A DNA stretch of 64,000 bases, taken from contig NC_043001.1 in the NCBI RefSeq assembly GCF_006345805.1, positions 24,366,001 through 24,430,000 of the forward strand, read 5' to 3'. Source of the stretch: Octopus sinensis (lineage: Eukaryota). The translations under genes and the position numbers were made by a program. How positions within the stretch are numbered: position 1 is the first letter of the stretch; every line of letters starts with the position of its first letter. Below the pieces are notes generated by a model, which saw only the letters and a list, made by a program, of their open reading frames with translations, was not told the origin of the DNA and did not search any database. Positions 12,265 to 26,566 of this stretch are shown here, piece after piece.

Positions 12265-13439
12265 GTGTTGTATATTTTACTGAAGATATTCTTTTAAGTA
12301 TCTTTTTAGTTGACAGCAAGTAAGAAAAATTTTTTGTAGATTTTAGAATAGTTTTGGTGCCAATATAGAATTGAACCATAATAGATTGAATTAATAAGGG
12401 AAAAAAGATATTTACTAGGAGGTAATAGAACATAACTCTTTGAAAGAACAACATCAAACTTATTGATTTGACTGACTGTAATTTATTATGAAAATTATTT
12501 TTGGAAGCTTGAATTAACTTATCAATAACACTTCTGATATATTATTTAACAATATTCCTACCTTCATGTATCACATGAGATTTGATCAGTTTTTTTTCCT
12601 TCATGGCTTCTTTAAAATTTAATTCATGTTTTCCTCATAATTTTACTTCCCCTTGTTTGTTTATTCCTTGTAAAGATCGACTAATTATAGTAAAAGAATT
12701 TCAATTTATAAATTGGACTTATTCTGATTCATATATTATTCGCCATTTGGCTATGTTTTTAAAATTGCATGTTTGCATGTATATGAATACAATAATGCAG
12801 AAATTACACAGGAAATGACTACTGAAACTTATTTTAAACAAGAACAATATTTTCCATTAGCAATCCATTAATTATATTACATTTTTGAACTTTGAAGAAA
12901 ATGAACTCAAACTAATTGAATTTGTATATATTTATAATGAAATATTGAATGAACTTAAAGATCATCATCTAATTATTTAAACTAAGCATAACTCACATAC
13001 CTGGCTGAAGCACTTGAGTGCTGGCTTACTGGCTGAAGGGTCGGTAGTTCATATCCTGGCACTGATGCTGTACTGTAGCCATAACTAAATAATTTAACTA
13101 CAAATGTTTCAGTTCATTTGAATTAAATAGATATCATTGAGAGTAATTAAGGAGTATTTTGTGACTTTGGAATGCAATGCTCAAATTTTCCATGAAAATC
13201 ACTTTATTAATTTCAATATGCTCAAAACTGCCACTAGTTCTGATGTATAAAGCTTTTCATTTATATCTAAATTAAAGCCTTCCATATGAATTTTATATTA
13301 AATATACTTTAGAATGACAAATTTAGTTATTTTACAAAATCACTTGAAATTCTTAATAATTTTTAAAATTTACTAAAACATAAATGCAATATATTTATCG
13401 GAAATACAGTCACAAAAGGTTCCTGTGTATTCTCTTTAA

Positions 13440-13659
13440 CCTTTTTGTTACCAACCCGGCTGAAACCAACTCTGGCTTGGAGTACAAATGTCTTGTTTTC
13501 ATAAGTTTTGAATTAAAATCTTCCACTAAACCTTAGTCACAATTTATGTTCCTGACACTAGCTGAATGATAACTAAGTTATTTTACTAAATTCTTTGTTA
13601 TATTTAAAGTAATTGAAATAAATACACAGCATCTCTAAATATATACGGTAATGGAAGGG
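13440..13659. mobile_element. piggyBac-like MITE
   Basis: TTAA on both sides and imperfect TIR CCTTTTTGTTACC...GGTAATGGAAGGG. Related degenerate copies near 13220-13420 and 47743-47957. Confidence 0.75.
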
Positions 13660-16600
13660 TTAATCATTACAAGAAGATTAAATTTTCAATGGTGCAGCAA
13701 TGTACTAATAGGCTGCACTAGTAATAAATATCTGCTTCTCAATATATGTATCATGTCATATATAAAGGCATATAAATTGCTAAATATTACTAAAATTTCA
13801 AAAACATTAGGAAACTAATGTTTTTGAAACTAATCAAATTTCTAAATATTTAATTGCATTTTCAATTTTTTCCTCATTAGTTATAGAGACCACCTCTGGC
13901 CCTTTAGTTTTGAAAGTGAGAAGGTGATCTTACTAGTACTAGTGCCACAAAACAAAGGCATCCAGTTCAATCTGCAAAGTGGCTGTCATTAGGAAATTGT
14001 ATTAGTGAAGCATGTTTTCACTAAGTCTTACTAATACTAATGAAAAAGTTTAATTTGTAAATAATATTTAATTAAAGCTCTAGTGTTTACAAGTCTGTTG
14101 TTTCTCATAATGTTGACTAGTATTCCATAATACTTCACAGTTTAAAATGTATTCAATTAGTAGATAATGTTTTACAATATCTAACAGTTTGAATTTAACC
14201 TTTTCTTAGTTAGAAGTAGATAACAATATAACAATGCTGTGTTTTTTTTAAATGCTATGTATTCTTTGAAAATGCTATCTAAAGTCACAATGGCATTTGG
14301 AGGTGGGGTTGTGAATAATAAATTTGTCTCATCTTGACATACATAAACTCTTGTTATTGTCATTACAAATATTAATAAAATTTTTTCCTCATAAATCAAA
14401 TCAATAACTAGTTTCAGGTAATCTTTATGAAACTGAAATAGAAATCTGATTTTATTATGTTGGTTAAATTTAGAAAAAATTCTAAAGCAATATTGTGCTT
14501 CTTTTATCTCTTTGACAAGGCATTTCTTATAATTCCAGCGTCTCTTCAAGGACAACCATTGAGAGTCCTCAGCGGTGTGTATCACTTTCAAAGTCTTCTC
14601 TAATTTCAAACATCTACTAATATCTAACCTGACATTGAAGTAGTGATTATAATCTCTTAGATGTTTTTCATAGAACCTCTGCTCATCGAGATTTGTCTTT
14701 AGAAATTATGGATCCTTATATCTTAAGCTGATCAAATGTACTGCAGTAATACATTACCATTACACCATGCAGGTTTCCAAATGTCTTCTAGTATTATCAA
14801 TAATGGATTTTTCTAGAGCTTCTAGTAAGAAAATAATGGAGCATTTGAAAACATGTAAAATTATATACAAGAAAAAGAAAAGTATAGAAAATGAAACTGC
14901 TAAAATAAGATGTCTTACTTTTCTTTTTCAAACTTTCAAAAAAAACAAAAAAACTATAAGATATTCTCATTTGTGTAGGAAGGAATGTCTGTGTGTTAAC
15001 TTCGCATAATAGCTAGAATTTTACTATTGAATATCTTCATAAATGGTTTTTATGGATTATTAGTATAACATTTATATGTAAAGTCATAGACTAGACACAT
15101 ATCTGGTAATAAAAATATAGATCAATAGATTAATAAATCAACTACTCAACTATTTATAAATTAAGTTATACGTTCTGCTATGAGAAGGTTATACCAGTTA
15201 GTAATGTAAATAATAGCTAAATAGGATCTGCAACAACTAGCTGAACACAATAGTCTTGTGAGACAGTCACCAAATTGCATAGTAAACCAAGTAATAAAAT
15301 AATTATTGAAATTATCCCCATTGCTCCCCACCCCCTATTATCCTATCTCCCCTCCTCTTTGTCCATATTTATCAAGGTCTAGAAGTACTTGGAATGGTTT
15401 TCTTTTTATGTTGTTTCAGATAGTCTATGGCACAAATATTTTCAACTCAGTATTTACAATGATTTACCTCTGTATATAACAGTTTGTATTTTATTGGTTT
15501 TAGACAAATGAAAATGAAAGTAACTTTGACAACACTTCAACATAGTACAATTATATCATGACCTTTCGAACAGCTAATTAATTATATTCTTGACACGTAT
15601 TCTACATCTTTCCTTTAAGTCTTATATGCTAAGTTTCATTACTCATTCTTTTTCTATTAACTTTCTCTGGGTGATTACTCGCTGATGTATCTTAAAATAC
15701 TTGTTTGTTGAAGATGTTCTCCTTGGTATTATGGTTAGGAATTTGCAATTTCTTAAGTAATTTATTTGACAGATTTAGCTGTAGTGCTAATAGGTCATCA
15801 AACCTTCTAATTGGCTCTTCATTTTCTTCCTTACTTTAAATTTTATCAAAATGTTACAGTACAAATCTCTTTTATTGCAATGAAATGAAGCCAAGTGATA
15901 AAGTAAAGAAATAGAATTTGTAAAAGTCAAATAAATGTTCATTTCAGTATGTTTAGATCAATGTAAAATGTTTCTGTAAATGTTTTTCAGATTGAACTGA
16001 AATTTATATAATCTAGTTAATTCTTATAAACTCAACAATTTCAAGTGACTTTGCTTCAATAATTACTTAACAACATATATTATTAGCATTTATTAGCTGT
16101 ACAAATAAAAATTCAGATTTAATATTCTGCAAAAGCTGTCATAATTTTTCTTATAAATTTTCATATAGAAATAAAAATACCTTTTAACCTCTAGGTAAAC
16201 GAAATAAACTTTTTCAGAATCACTTAGTTTTCCTTATTATTCCATTTATTTTCCTCTCAATAACTAAACATATTTTCTTCTATAAAGCTTTTAAAATACA
16301 TATTAATTCCCATGTTTATAAATATATTCCAGTGCAAAACATTTTGCATGGAAATCTGATAGAGCAATTAAAATAAAAATTTAAAATTCTCTTTAGAACA
16401 TTAACTGTTCTGATGAACTATTAACATAATGGTTTTTGCCATTGAATCAAAGAAACACATAAAAAATATATAATAGTGCATAAATTTTAAATTATTCTAA
16501 GTTTTCTCTTCTTTAAGTATTTTATGATTTCACTTTAATTTAAAAATTAGGTTAATTACAATTAATCTTTCATAAAATTCTTTATCGATTAAATATAGTA

Positions 16601-16661
16601 AGCATTTTTAAGGAATTTATCCTCAACCAGGTTTATAACTCATATAGTCACTGTTTTGCAG

Positions 16662-16727
16662 AACTTATTCCAGCAAGCAATCGCTGGAAAGACGTACAAG
16701 TATCAGCTCTTCTTTTAAAAAATTCAG
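16662..16727 (+). CDS. Predicted internal exon, 66 nt, phase 2-2: (R)TYSSKQSLERRTSISSSFKKF(R)
   Basis: Acceptor ctgttttgcag, donor AG|gtttgt, symmetric length, inside a ~3.7-kb stretch without recognisable TEs. Confidence 0.7.
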
Positions 16728-17453
16728 GTTTGTGATTATCAGTTATTTGTCTACTACATAATGGTATATTAAACCAGCTAATCAACTGACAACATGTGCA
16801 CCAAAATAATATACTAATTTTAAATACGTTGGCGTAATTTCTAACAGGCAATAAACAAAGATTAACAGAAAAAATGCAAAATATTTAAAATTTAATGTTA
16901 TATCAATCAAGGAAAGCTGACAAACTAACAAAAGCTTCAACCAATATAATTAACTTTGCGTAAAAATACATTTGTTCAATTAAACCGTGTTACTTTTTAA
17001 TTCTAAATTACTAATGACTGGTAGTTCAATTAATAAAATTCTCTTACACAACAAATACTGAAATCCATGATATTTAGTGAAGATTATTGTAAATGTCACC
17101 AGACAGAAATATAAGAACTGATCATACTATTTTTAGAAGTTTGTCTGACATCACATGAAGTCTTCTTTTTGCGTTGGTTCTCGGAAACTTTAACTCATAT
17201 AAATTATTGCAGTGTAATAAAAATAGTGTATGAATTTCTTAAGAGCTATCTTTGATTAACATTTTGTTCACCTAATTTTATTCAGTTTATCAATTTTTCT
17301 CAAATTTTCCTTCCTTATCCACACTGATTTTAGTATGTTCACTCAGAACCAACAAAATTTTATGATATTCTACCTATCATTGACATTGAAAACAAATTTT
17401 GAAAATATTATATATAATTATTAGAAGTGAATAAGCCTTTTATAATCATAAAC

Positions 17454-17497
<44 letters not shown>

Positions 17498-17499
<2 letters not shown>

Positions 17500-17620
17500 T
17501 TGAGTTTACGGAAAAAAACAAAAGACGAAGACAGGTGGTGTACAAAACAAACAGATGTATTAGTATAACGCTCAGGAATAGAAAAAGTCTTTTACGTTTC
17601 GAGCCTACGCTCTTCTAACG
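17498..17620 (-). mobile_element. PLE-like terminal fragment next to (TA)n
   Basis: Minus strand AGAAGAGCGTAGGCTCGAAACGTA, a hammerhead-like stem II/GAAAC/GTA motif. Confidence 0.5.
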
Positions 17621-18104
17621 AACCAGATTCTATCAAACCATTTATAGCTGGTTTGATAGAATCTGCATCATGATAGGACTACATCATAATAGGACATGAC
17701 TGCATCATGATAGGACAGAATCTGCATCATTGATAGGACTGCATCATGTTCACATGTCTGTTTTAACATGCTATGGCCAGATGCTCTTTCTCATGCCAAC
17801 CACTTTACAGAGTCTACATGATCTTTTTGTTTTTCCATGCCACCACTCTAAGGAGGTTACCATGCAACTTGCAAGGAGGTTACCATGTAACTTTCAACAG
17901 ACTGCTGCTACAGTAAAGAAAGTTGTGGTTTTATGCTAAAAGATGAGTGGTTGAAATATGAAAGAAGGTACCAATTTCCTGTTATTGAGGAGCTACATGT
18001 CTGTTCACATAATAAAAGAGTCAGTGGATGTAACCAAGGTCGAGCTAGGAGGAGAGATAAAATAGTGAAGAGGAGTTATAGTGGACCCTCAAAGTACGAG
18101 AAGT

Positions 18105-18672
18105 TTAATGTCCGTTTTCCATGCTAGCATGGGGTGGACTGTTCAACCAGGGTCTGGGAAGCCAGGAGGCTGCGCGAGGCTCCAGTCTGATCTGGCAGTG
18201 TTTCTACAGCTGAATGCCCTTCCTAATGCCAATCACTCCGTGAGTGTAGTGGGTGTTTTTTTACATGCCACCGGCACAGGGGCCAGAGGTGGCAGTCAAA
18301 TGGCCATGGTCGGATGGTGCTTTTAACATGCCACCGGCATGGGTATCACAACTACAATTTCCATTTTATTTTTATTTTGATGCTGATGTACTTGACTTAA
18401 TAGGTCTCCTCAAGCACAACGGGTCACCCTACGATCCAAGGTTAGCAAAGCAGGCCATCATGTGAGCCATGAACTCACTTCATTTGTTGGGTCTTCACAG
18501 TCACAGCATATCTCCAGAGGTCTCGGACTTTCGTCATAGCCTCTGTGAATCCCAACGTTCGAAGGTCATGCTTGACCACCTCATCCTACGTCTTCCTGGG
18601 TCTACCTCTACCCCAGATTCCTTCAACAGTTTGGGAGCGGCACTTCTTCACACATCTCTCCTCATCCATCCG
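18105..18672 (-). mobile_element. 5'-truncated RTE-clade LINE: ORF C-terminus plus 3' UTR (source of the family B tail repeat)
   Basis: RMDEERCVKKCRSQTVEGIWGRGRPRKT*DEVVKHDL...DLWRYAV on the minus strand, followed by AGGAAGGGCATTCAGCTGTAGAAAC...CCATGCTAGCATGGAAAACGGACATTAAA. Confidence 0.85.
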
Positions 18673-19542
18673 TAAATATAAGTGAAAAACAAAGGTTGAA
18701 CAGTTGTAGATGATAAACACATGTTGGAGAGAAAGTAGGTGATGACTGACTGAACAGAAAAGGATAGTATAGATTCTTAACAGAGAAGAGGCTGTGGACA
18801 TTATCTTTGTGGTCTTGAGAATATCTTCATAATTTGATTATAAAGAAAACATTTGTAAATTTTTACAATTATAGATCTTTATTTTTAATTTATAAACATA
18901 TTGCAATATTTAGGATTTATTTTCTTAAATAAGCTCACATGATGGATATTCAAATTCAATAATAAACATTGCTTTATGTATTTGAATGAGATGAATTAAA
19001 TCTTTTCATGTTATCAGCTATGATGTATATATGTTAAAAGGGAAGCTAGATGAAATTTGTGTATTCAAAGCGGAAGAATAATTACAATAAATAATTGCCC
19101 CTCATCAGAACTGTTGAATTTCTGACCAAATAAAAGTGGATGAATTTGTGAATTTAATAGTTAAAATCATAATGGCATCACAAATTTGAAACATTATTTT
19201 ACTCAATTTAAAAGATGATAAACCCCTGTGGTGTATAATATATCAACTCCATAAATAGAGTATTTCTATCTTTGTTAATATATGTGTATAACAAATATTT
19301 GTAATTTTCAATAAATTCATTGAAGCATGAAATAACCTTGAATTCAGAAACTTATTCTGTTTCATTACTTCAAACAGTCCGACTAAAACACTTTGCATGA
19401 AAATCACATTTCAACATTAAGTGTTCATTATACAAACACTAAAAAGGTGTGATATTTTCATAATTTTATGACAGCATAAATATTTATTCAGTTTGGTGTG
19501 CTAACTATTTATTCACAGACGACTAATTCAAGTTAACACATA

Positions 19543-19943
19543 CTCTTTTAATCGTTTCAGTCATTTGACTGTGGCCATACTGGAGCACCGCCTTATGGTC
19601 GAGCAAATCGACCCCAGGACTTATTCTTTGGAAGCCTAGTACTTATTCTATCAGCCTTTTTTGCCAAACTGCTAAGTTACAGGGACGTAAACACACCACA
19701 GTTGGTTGTCAAGCCAGTTGGTTGTCAAGCGATGTTGGTGGGACAAACACAGATACCCAACATATACACACACATACATATATACGACGGGCTTCTTTCA
19801 GTTTCTGTCTACCAAATCCACTCACAAGGCTTTGGTCAGCCCGAGGCTATAGTAGAAGACATTTGCCCAAAGTGCCACACTGTAGGAATGAACCTGGAAC
19901 CATGTGGTTGGTAAGCAAGCTACTTACCACACAGCCACTCCTG
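19543..19943 (-). mobile_element. SINE family A
   Basis: Full-length match to family A with a small internal duplication (CAGTTGGTTGTCAAGC x2). Confidence 0.9.
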
Positions 19944-20358
19944 TACCAATGAAAATAACTGAATCTTAACTTTCACTTGGTTTAAAACCGCCACATGGTA
20001 TTTCGGGTGACTTTAGCAGAGCCTACTCTGTTGCAAGTCTCTGGTTTGCAATACCTTCTTCCCCACTCCCACCAGTCTTCGAGGCCCAAGACTGTAAAAG
20101 GTTATGAGCACTGTTTTCCCTCCTGACTAAAATATATATAAAAAATAAATACTTGTTTCAATAGTTGAAATGTTAAAAAAGTATCCTACCACAGCTTTAT
20201 GTCCTCCTGATATATGGAGATACGCAATGCCTTAAGAGTAGTGAACTACAGATGAAAAAGTACATATCTGGATTAAAAAAGTAAGTACAAAGATTTAAGT
20301 GGAGATTTAACCAAATAGAAATACAATATGATCATTTACTGAAAATTTATCTTTTCAG

Positions 20359-20394
20359 TTCATATTATTCCAGGGTCAATTTGAGTTTAGACAA
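20359..20394 (+). CDS. Possible cassette exon, 36 nt, phase 2-2: SYYSRVNLSLD(K)
   Basis: Acceptor atttatcttttcag, donor gtgaga, symmetric and open; could be chance. Confidence 0.25.
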
Positions 20395-20787
20395 GTGAGA
20401 GGAGACATAAAACTGAAATGTTTAAAAAAAGTAAACAGATATTTAGAAATTAATTCAATATGAGAGTTTCAGTATTTTGAGACATTACTCATTGCATATG
20501 CATAAATTTGTTGGTCTATCTACCCAACATCTCACCAGATGAAAATGAAAATGACGTTGATGGGAAATGGAAAAGAAACCAATAAATCTTAAATTAATCT
20601 CTAATAACATCTCTAATAAGAAAAAAAAAAAGAAAAACAAAACTTATTTCAATTATTTGTCAGATGTTTAGAATATTTAGAATATTTATGGTATTTGTAG
20701 GTCTTGGATCAAAGTCTTGGATTGTTAAATATTAGGAATGTTTTTATTGTCATATGTAAGCTTTTATTTTTTTATTTGTTGATTCAG

Positions 20788-20829
20788 AATGGCAAATGTG
20801 AGACAGTTGATTAAGATGTCTACAATTTG
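20788..20829 (+). CDS. Possible cassette exon, 42 nt, phase 2-2: MANVRQLIKMSTI
   Basis: Acceptor ttttatttgttgattcag, donor gtaatt. Its terminal TG plus the first A of exon 21643 would form TGA, so it is either a poison exon or not real. Confidence 0.2.
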
Positions 20830-21009
20830 GTAATTTTTTTAATTCTTGGAGTGAAAAGTTTGGTTAATTTTAGTAAAGAATACAGGTGTTACATGAAATT
20901 AAGGATAATGCCTTAAACAGAGACTGTCTGTTGAGCTTTATTTGAAGTTTTCTGTGTGATAAAAGAAAGAAGCTTAAAAGAAAATGCATCTTTTGTGAGA
21001 TAGACTTAA

Positions 21010-21200
21010 ACCTTTCAAATTTTGGCACCAGGCCAGTAGTTTCAGAAGGAAGGGGTTAGTTGATTATATTGGTTCAAGTACTTGATTGGTACCTATTTCA
21101 GCAATCTCCAAATGAGGAAAGGAAAAGTTGACCCCAGAAGGATTTGAACTCGATAAAAAACTTGAATAAAATGGTGTTAAGCATTTTGTTCAATGTGCTA
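21010..21200 (-). mobile_element. Degenerate SINE family E (Meta-domain-like)
   Basis: Reverse complement has GAGTTCAAATCC...GTCAACTTTTCCTTTCCTC...GTACC and the tail GGCC..GTGCCAAAATTTGAAA. Confidence 0.55.
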
Positions 21201-21642
21201 AAATATGGTGATTGTAGGAAAAGAGAATAGAAGACTCTTATAATTAATATCTATGAACTGTGAAAAAAAAAATAATTGAGAAAATTGCTGTGCTGTTTAG
21301 ATATATATTAATTTGATTACAATTCTGAAGAATAATTAAAGAAAGGAAAAGTGTGTTGGTTGACAAATTATTTAAGATGTAAGGTGCAAATGAATTTTTG
21401 TGCAGAGCTTCACAATTATAGATGCAATAGTTTTGGAAAATTTCCATGAAATCCACTTTTTGCCATTATTGCAATTCATGATAAATAAGAATAAAAGGTG
21501 TAACATATCAAATATTATTATTGTGGTTGCTTAGCAATTCATGGTAGTTAATTTGGAAAGCTGTACATGGGTGAACGAGCGTGACCAGTTTGCTTCATCT
21601 GTTATGTATGAAAATCTGAATTGTTTGCTAATATTCTTACAG

Positions 21643-21705
21643 AAGCTTCTCACGAGAAGTATCAACTGATGCTGAAAGTGAGAGTTCATCACACCGCAAA
21701 GTGAG
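21643..21705 (+). CDS. Predicted internal exon, 63 nt, phase 2-2: (R)SFSREVSTDAESESSSHRKV(R)
   Basis: Acceptor tgtttgctaatattcttacag with branch-point-like CTAAT, consensus donor AG|gtgagt, symmetric open frame. Confidence 0.8.
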
Positions 21706-22679
21706 GTGAGTGACATTTGTCACATCATTTTCATTTCTTTGTTGGTTTGTGTGTGAAACCTTTGACCACCCAATTAACCATAATTAACATACCCCACTTC
21801 AGTTGTACATGTTTCTGTCAATCTCATGTACAAGACCTAAGAGCCTTCAACACTAAAAATATATTCAGTTGACTAACCTATAGTTGACTAACCTAATTTT
21901 TATTTGTCCTTACTGTTTATGCTTGCATCCTTTGCTTTCATTTACATTATCATCAGTTTTTAAATGCATTTTATATTTAACCTCACCCAACTGTCATCTG
22001 TTCTAAATCTGAATGCAACTTGTATTTAGATTTGATTATAATATAAGTATGTAACTGTTAACTAATGTCTAAAATCTGTGAGATAATATAACTGACTTAT
22101 TTCATAATTGAAATCCATAAAGAAGGACATATTTAGTTTTGTTATTGACAATGATAAGATTTAAACATCAATAACTTATTTTCAGAAGTCATCATTCTTC
22201 TCTTGTGTTGAATGTTTTAATATAAGGACAATATAATTTAAATTATTAAATCATATAGTAATTAGTCTCACCAGCTATACTTCTGTTATTCATTTAGTTG
22301 GCCACAAGGGTGTTACAAAGAAAGGAAGTTGCAGGCTGGACACGGACATAATGAGATGGAATGATTAACAATATGATAATAATGAGGGCAACAACAATGC
22401 CCGATGATTGCTGTTTACCCGAGCACATTGTTCTTTTATAAAACATTTTGAGGCAACAAACCTCTTACATGATAACACATTAAGGAGGCAATACACCTCT
22501 TACATTAACGACATACAAAGCCATTTTGCAGCAATAAACCTCTACCAGCTGTACTTCTAGATTACTAAACATAGATGATCCTTCCATGAGCCATCTAATC
22601 TCTTGTCTACACTTATTTATAAGGCTAGTATCACAGTTCTAATCTTATGTCTAATCTTATGAGTAGATAGATATTTGTG

Positions 22680-23015
22680 AAGGCGCATGGCTCAATGGTT
22701 AGAGCGTCGAGCTTACGATCGTGAGGTTGTGAGCTCGTATCCCAGACCGGGCTGTGTGTTGTGTTCTTGAGCAAGACACTTTATTTCATGTTGCTCCAGT
22801 TCACTCAGCTGTAGAAATGAGTTGCGATATCACAGGTGCCAAGCTGTATCGGCCTTTACTTTCACCTTGGATAACACTGGTGGTGTGGAGAGGGAAGGCC
22901 AGTATGCATGGGCGACTACTGGTCTTCCATAAACAACCTTGCCTAGACTTGCACATAGGAGGATAACTTTCTAGGTGCAATCCCATGGTCAGTGTTGTGA
23001 CCGAAGCAGGGTCTC
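22680..23015 (+). mobile_element. tRNA-derived SINE family D (central motif resembles CORE)
   Basis: GGCGCATGGCTCAATGGTTAGAGC head and TTGAGCAAGACACTTTATTTC...CAGTTCACTCAGCTG; a second copy lies at 23987. Confidence 0.85.
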
Positions 23016-23773
23016 AGATAGATGTTTATATCAATTTTCCTTATGTTACTCATTCTGAGACTATATGTCAAAAACATTGTAAGCATTGTAATGCAGTTTT
23101 AAGATGGCTCAAGTGTTAAACGAAGGCTTTATTATTACTGACGTTGTTATTTAGGTACAATTTCTGAAATAACTTTTGTTAATCTCTTGTAGGGTTTTCC
23201 TTTGACTTCATTTAAGATGGTATTATTATCTGCTCAAGTATGATAAAAATATTTTGTTTAGTTGAGAGACGTCAACGATCTGTCAACTAAACATTTCAAG
23301 CTACCTTGTTAGAAGCATGCTCAAATGAATAACATCAAATAAACACTAACAAACACAAATACGCATGCACTACTAGAGATGTACATAAGTGAATTTGCTC
23401 AACTCTGTGGCTGTCTACATGCATCTGCTTAATTTCATTATGATAAGCATGTGTGAATACATATGTGTGTGTGAGCACTCATGTGTGTGAGGTTTCTATT
23501 GCAAATTGTATTTTGTTTTCATGCCATTAACTTATTCAGGAGCTTTTACCTTGTCAGATATTATCTATCTATTTACTTACTCGTTTATTGCATTCAGCCA
23601 TTAGACACTGGTCAAGCTGGAGTCACACCTTCAAGAGTTTAATCAATCATGTTGGATCCTATTAATCAAATTTGACATTAAGAGACACAACATTAAGTTA
23701 TATTGGTAAACATGAACAAGGCCATAGTAAAACACACATATACATACATACATACATACATATACATACATAC

Positions 23774-23806
<33 letters not shown>

Positions 23807-23986
23807 ATATATATATATAATATATATATATATATAAAATGGAGGTGGAAATAGCAAAGAAAGTAAGTCTAAGGCATTTCAGTTCGAGACGGGGGCCTAC
23901 TTGCTAGATGAACTGATTACTAGACTTCACTCAATATTTTTCTAGCCATTGTTCATTGTATGTATACATACATATCTGTTTCAGGG

Positions 23987-24317
23987 AAGGCACATGGCTC
24001 AGTGGTTAGAGCATCGAGCTTTTGATCATGAGTTTGTGAGTTCAATTCCCGGACCAAGCTGCGTGTTGTGTTCATGAGCAAGACACTTTATTTCATGTTG
24101 CTCCAGTTAATTCAGCTGCAGGAATGAGTTGTGACATCACTGATGCCAAGCTGTAATGGCCTTTGCCTTTCCCAAAGATAACACTGGTGGCCTGGAGAGG
24201 GGAGTCTGGTATGCATGGGTGACTGCTGGCCTTCTACAAACAACCTTGCCCAGACTTGTGCCTTGGAGGGTAACTTTCTAGGTGCAATCCCATGGTTATT
24301 CATGACCGAAGGGGTCT
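23987..24317 (+). mobile_element. tRNA-derived SINE family D
   Basis: Colinear match to 22680-23015. Confidence 0.85.
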
Positions 24318-25721
24318 CCTCCTCATATCTCTTTCAACACACAATTTCACATCAGGAGTCTTGCAACACAGATTCATAAACATACACACACACACACATA
24401 TATATATATACATACATTTATGCATGTATCTGTGTGTTTGTTTACATTTTGCTTCTATGAAAGTTGTGATATACAGGCAGTATGGTTGTTATGAGTTCTT
24501 TTATAAAGAAATCATCTGCCTACTTCATACTTTCAGAGCCATTTGGAATAGGAAATCTCTTACTTGAAAAACAGGTGAAGGTTAGCAACTGGAGGGGCTT
24601 CTGACAATAACACAATGTCATAATTGCATATTCATCTGACCCATGCAAGCATGGAAAAACTAGCGTAAAAACGAAATGAATGAATTAGCTTTCAATTGTT
24701 ATTTAGTTCTATGTGAGCCCTGACTGAGCAAGCATTGAGCATAAGAGATTCCAGCCACATCCATCCTTTTTTTTTTAAATATAGGACTACATTGTCCAAT
24801 GAATCCTGCCTTTATTAAGATAGTGGGTATGATGATAGTGGTTGAGATTTGACTGCTATCTCTAGTAGTCCAAGTGAACATGTAGAAGCTGCCTTGTTTG
24901 TACTTTTCTGTTTTGTGTATATGATTATTCATATTTTAAAGAATAATTTTGTGAAGACTACTGATTATTCCAATGTTTACACATAACAGTGATCACCATA
25001 ATCACAAATTATGACTACCCATGAGAAATACTTAAATTAAGTTAATTTATTACTAACATTTTCATTTCTTGGATTATGCTGTTTTTTGCAATTTTTGTAG
25101 TTTTAAAGGATTTCTTGATTTTATTGATTTCTTTTCTTTTTTCTTTTTTTCTTTTTTTTCTTTTTTTTTTTGAAGTAACTCCAAGATTTTGATAAATTTT
25201 GATTCATTGAAATCTCAAGAAATGTGTAAAATAGAGATTAATACAAATCAAATTTTAAACCAAGAATTTTGCATTAACAGGAAAAAAAATTACCATTAAA
25301 TAACATTATTCATCATTACAAGGCAATTTTCAAGCTGTTAGCAAGATTAGTGTTCCCATGTTTAATGCAGAAACCGTCAAAAAGCTAACTAGAAATAATA
25401 TGCAGAGAGGAAAATGCTGATATTAGCCAAACATAATGTAATTTTAACTAAAATACAAGGGATGATTGTGGACATGTTTAAGGTTTTCTCTAACTTTACT
25501 CATGAAGCATAAACTATTGGTTCCAAGTCTAATTCCTTACACCAATAAATTTGCTATGATGTATATAGTTACATATGTAGGTAAATATAGTTACTTAGTG
25601 AATCAATATTCACTATTCAGTGATTATTGAATCACTAAACTTGTTGATATAAGGAATTAGAACTAGAAGTAATAATAATCAGGGGTATTGTCCTCAGAAT
25701 TTTAGTCTTATTATCTTAAAC

Positions 25722-26031
25722 AAGTGGTTCCCAAAGTGGGCAGTATTGATCCCCTAGTGGGGGTGGAAATTTCCAAAGGGGTGTTGAAGAAAAGTGGCGT
25801 GATAATAGAGTAATGATTCATACAAAAATTGAGGTGATAATGAGGTGGTGATTCATGTAAAAACAACAAAATAATGAGTTCATTAGGTTAAGTTTTATTT
25901 ATGAAATACAGTTGCTTTGAATTTGCTTCAGAAAGAGTCCTGTGTTTGTCAAGGTTATTTGGAGTGGGAGCACTAGGAATGTGGCCTGGGTGTTATGAGG
26001 GCAGCAGCCTGAAAAAGTTTGGGAACCACTG
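25722..26031. mobile_element. hAT-type MITE
   Basis: TIR AGTGGTTCCCAAA...TTTGGGAACCACTG; TSD TCTTAAAC/CCTTAAAC (7 of 8). Confidence 0.8.
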
Positions 26032-26566
26032 CCTTAAACTATGCTTTTTTAGAACTGAAATATTCAACTATAGCATTTCACATTTTAGCAAGTTATAAAA
26101 GAATTAAAAGCTCTTAAGTTTGTTTTTATAAAATCTGAAACCTTACAAAAGACCAATCAGTTCAGTTGTTTTTTTTTTTTTGGCTTTTGCTACTTGACAT
26201 TTTAAAGTAATCAAGTTCTTGAAATAACAGTTCCTACATGTTGTTCCGATGTCTGCTCTAATTTGTTGATAAAATTTGTTGTTTTTAGAAATGGCTTGAC
26301 AAGCTTTATTATACTCATAATTATTTCCATCTTAGAAATATTTATTAAAAGAAGGGACAACTAAAACAATCCTGGTGTATTGTAGAGTTTTATTTTATCA
26401 GCTTCAGAAGAATATTGCAATATTGAGGCAGTGAACTAAATATCATCAGCTTGTCTCATCATCACCCAAACTAAAAATGAAGGTAATTAACCAAAACCAT
26501 AATTGTATCTCATGCTGAATTAGGAAGTTGCCATAAAGTGTTTCATAATACAGACATATTCTAATG

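Noticed and set aside
14181-14609. 142-aa minus-strand ORF
   Set aside because: AT-rich composition, non-ATG start, no motif and no clear splice sites; treated as chance.
19702-19952. Recurrent peptides such as [17 protein letters not shown] and [20 protein letters not shown] in many ORFs
   Set aside because: Antisense translations of SINE family A, not a gene family.
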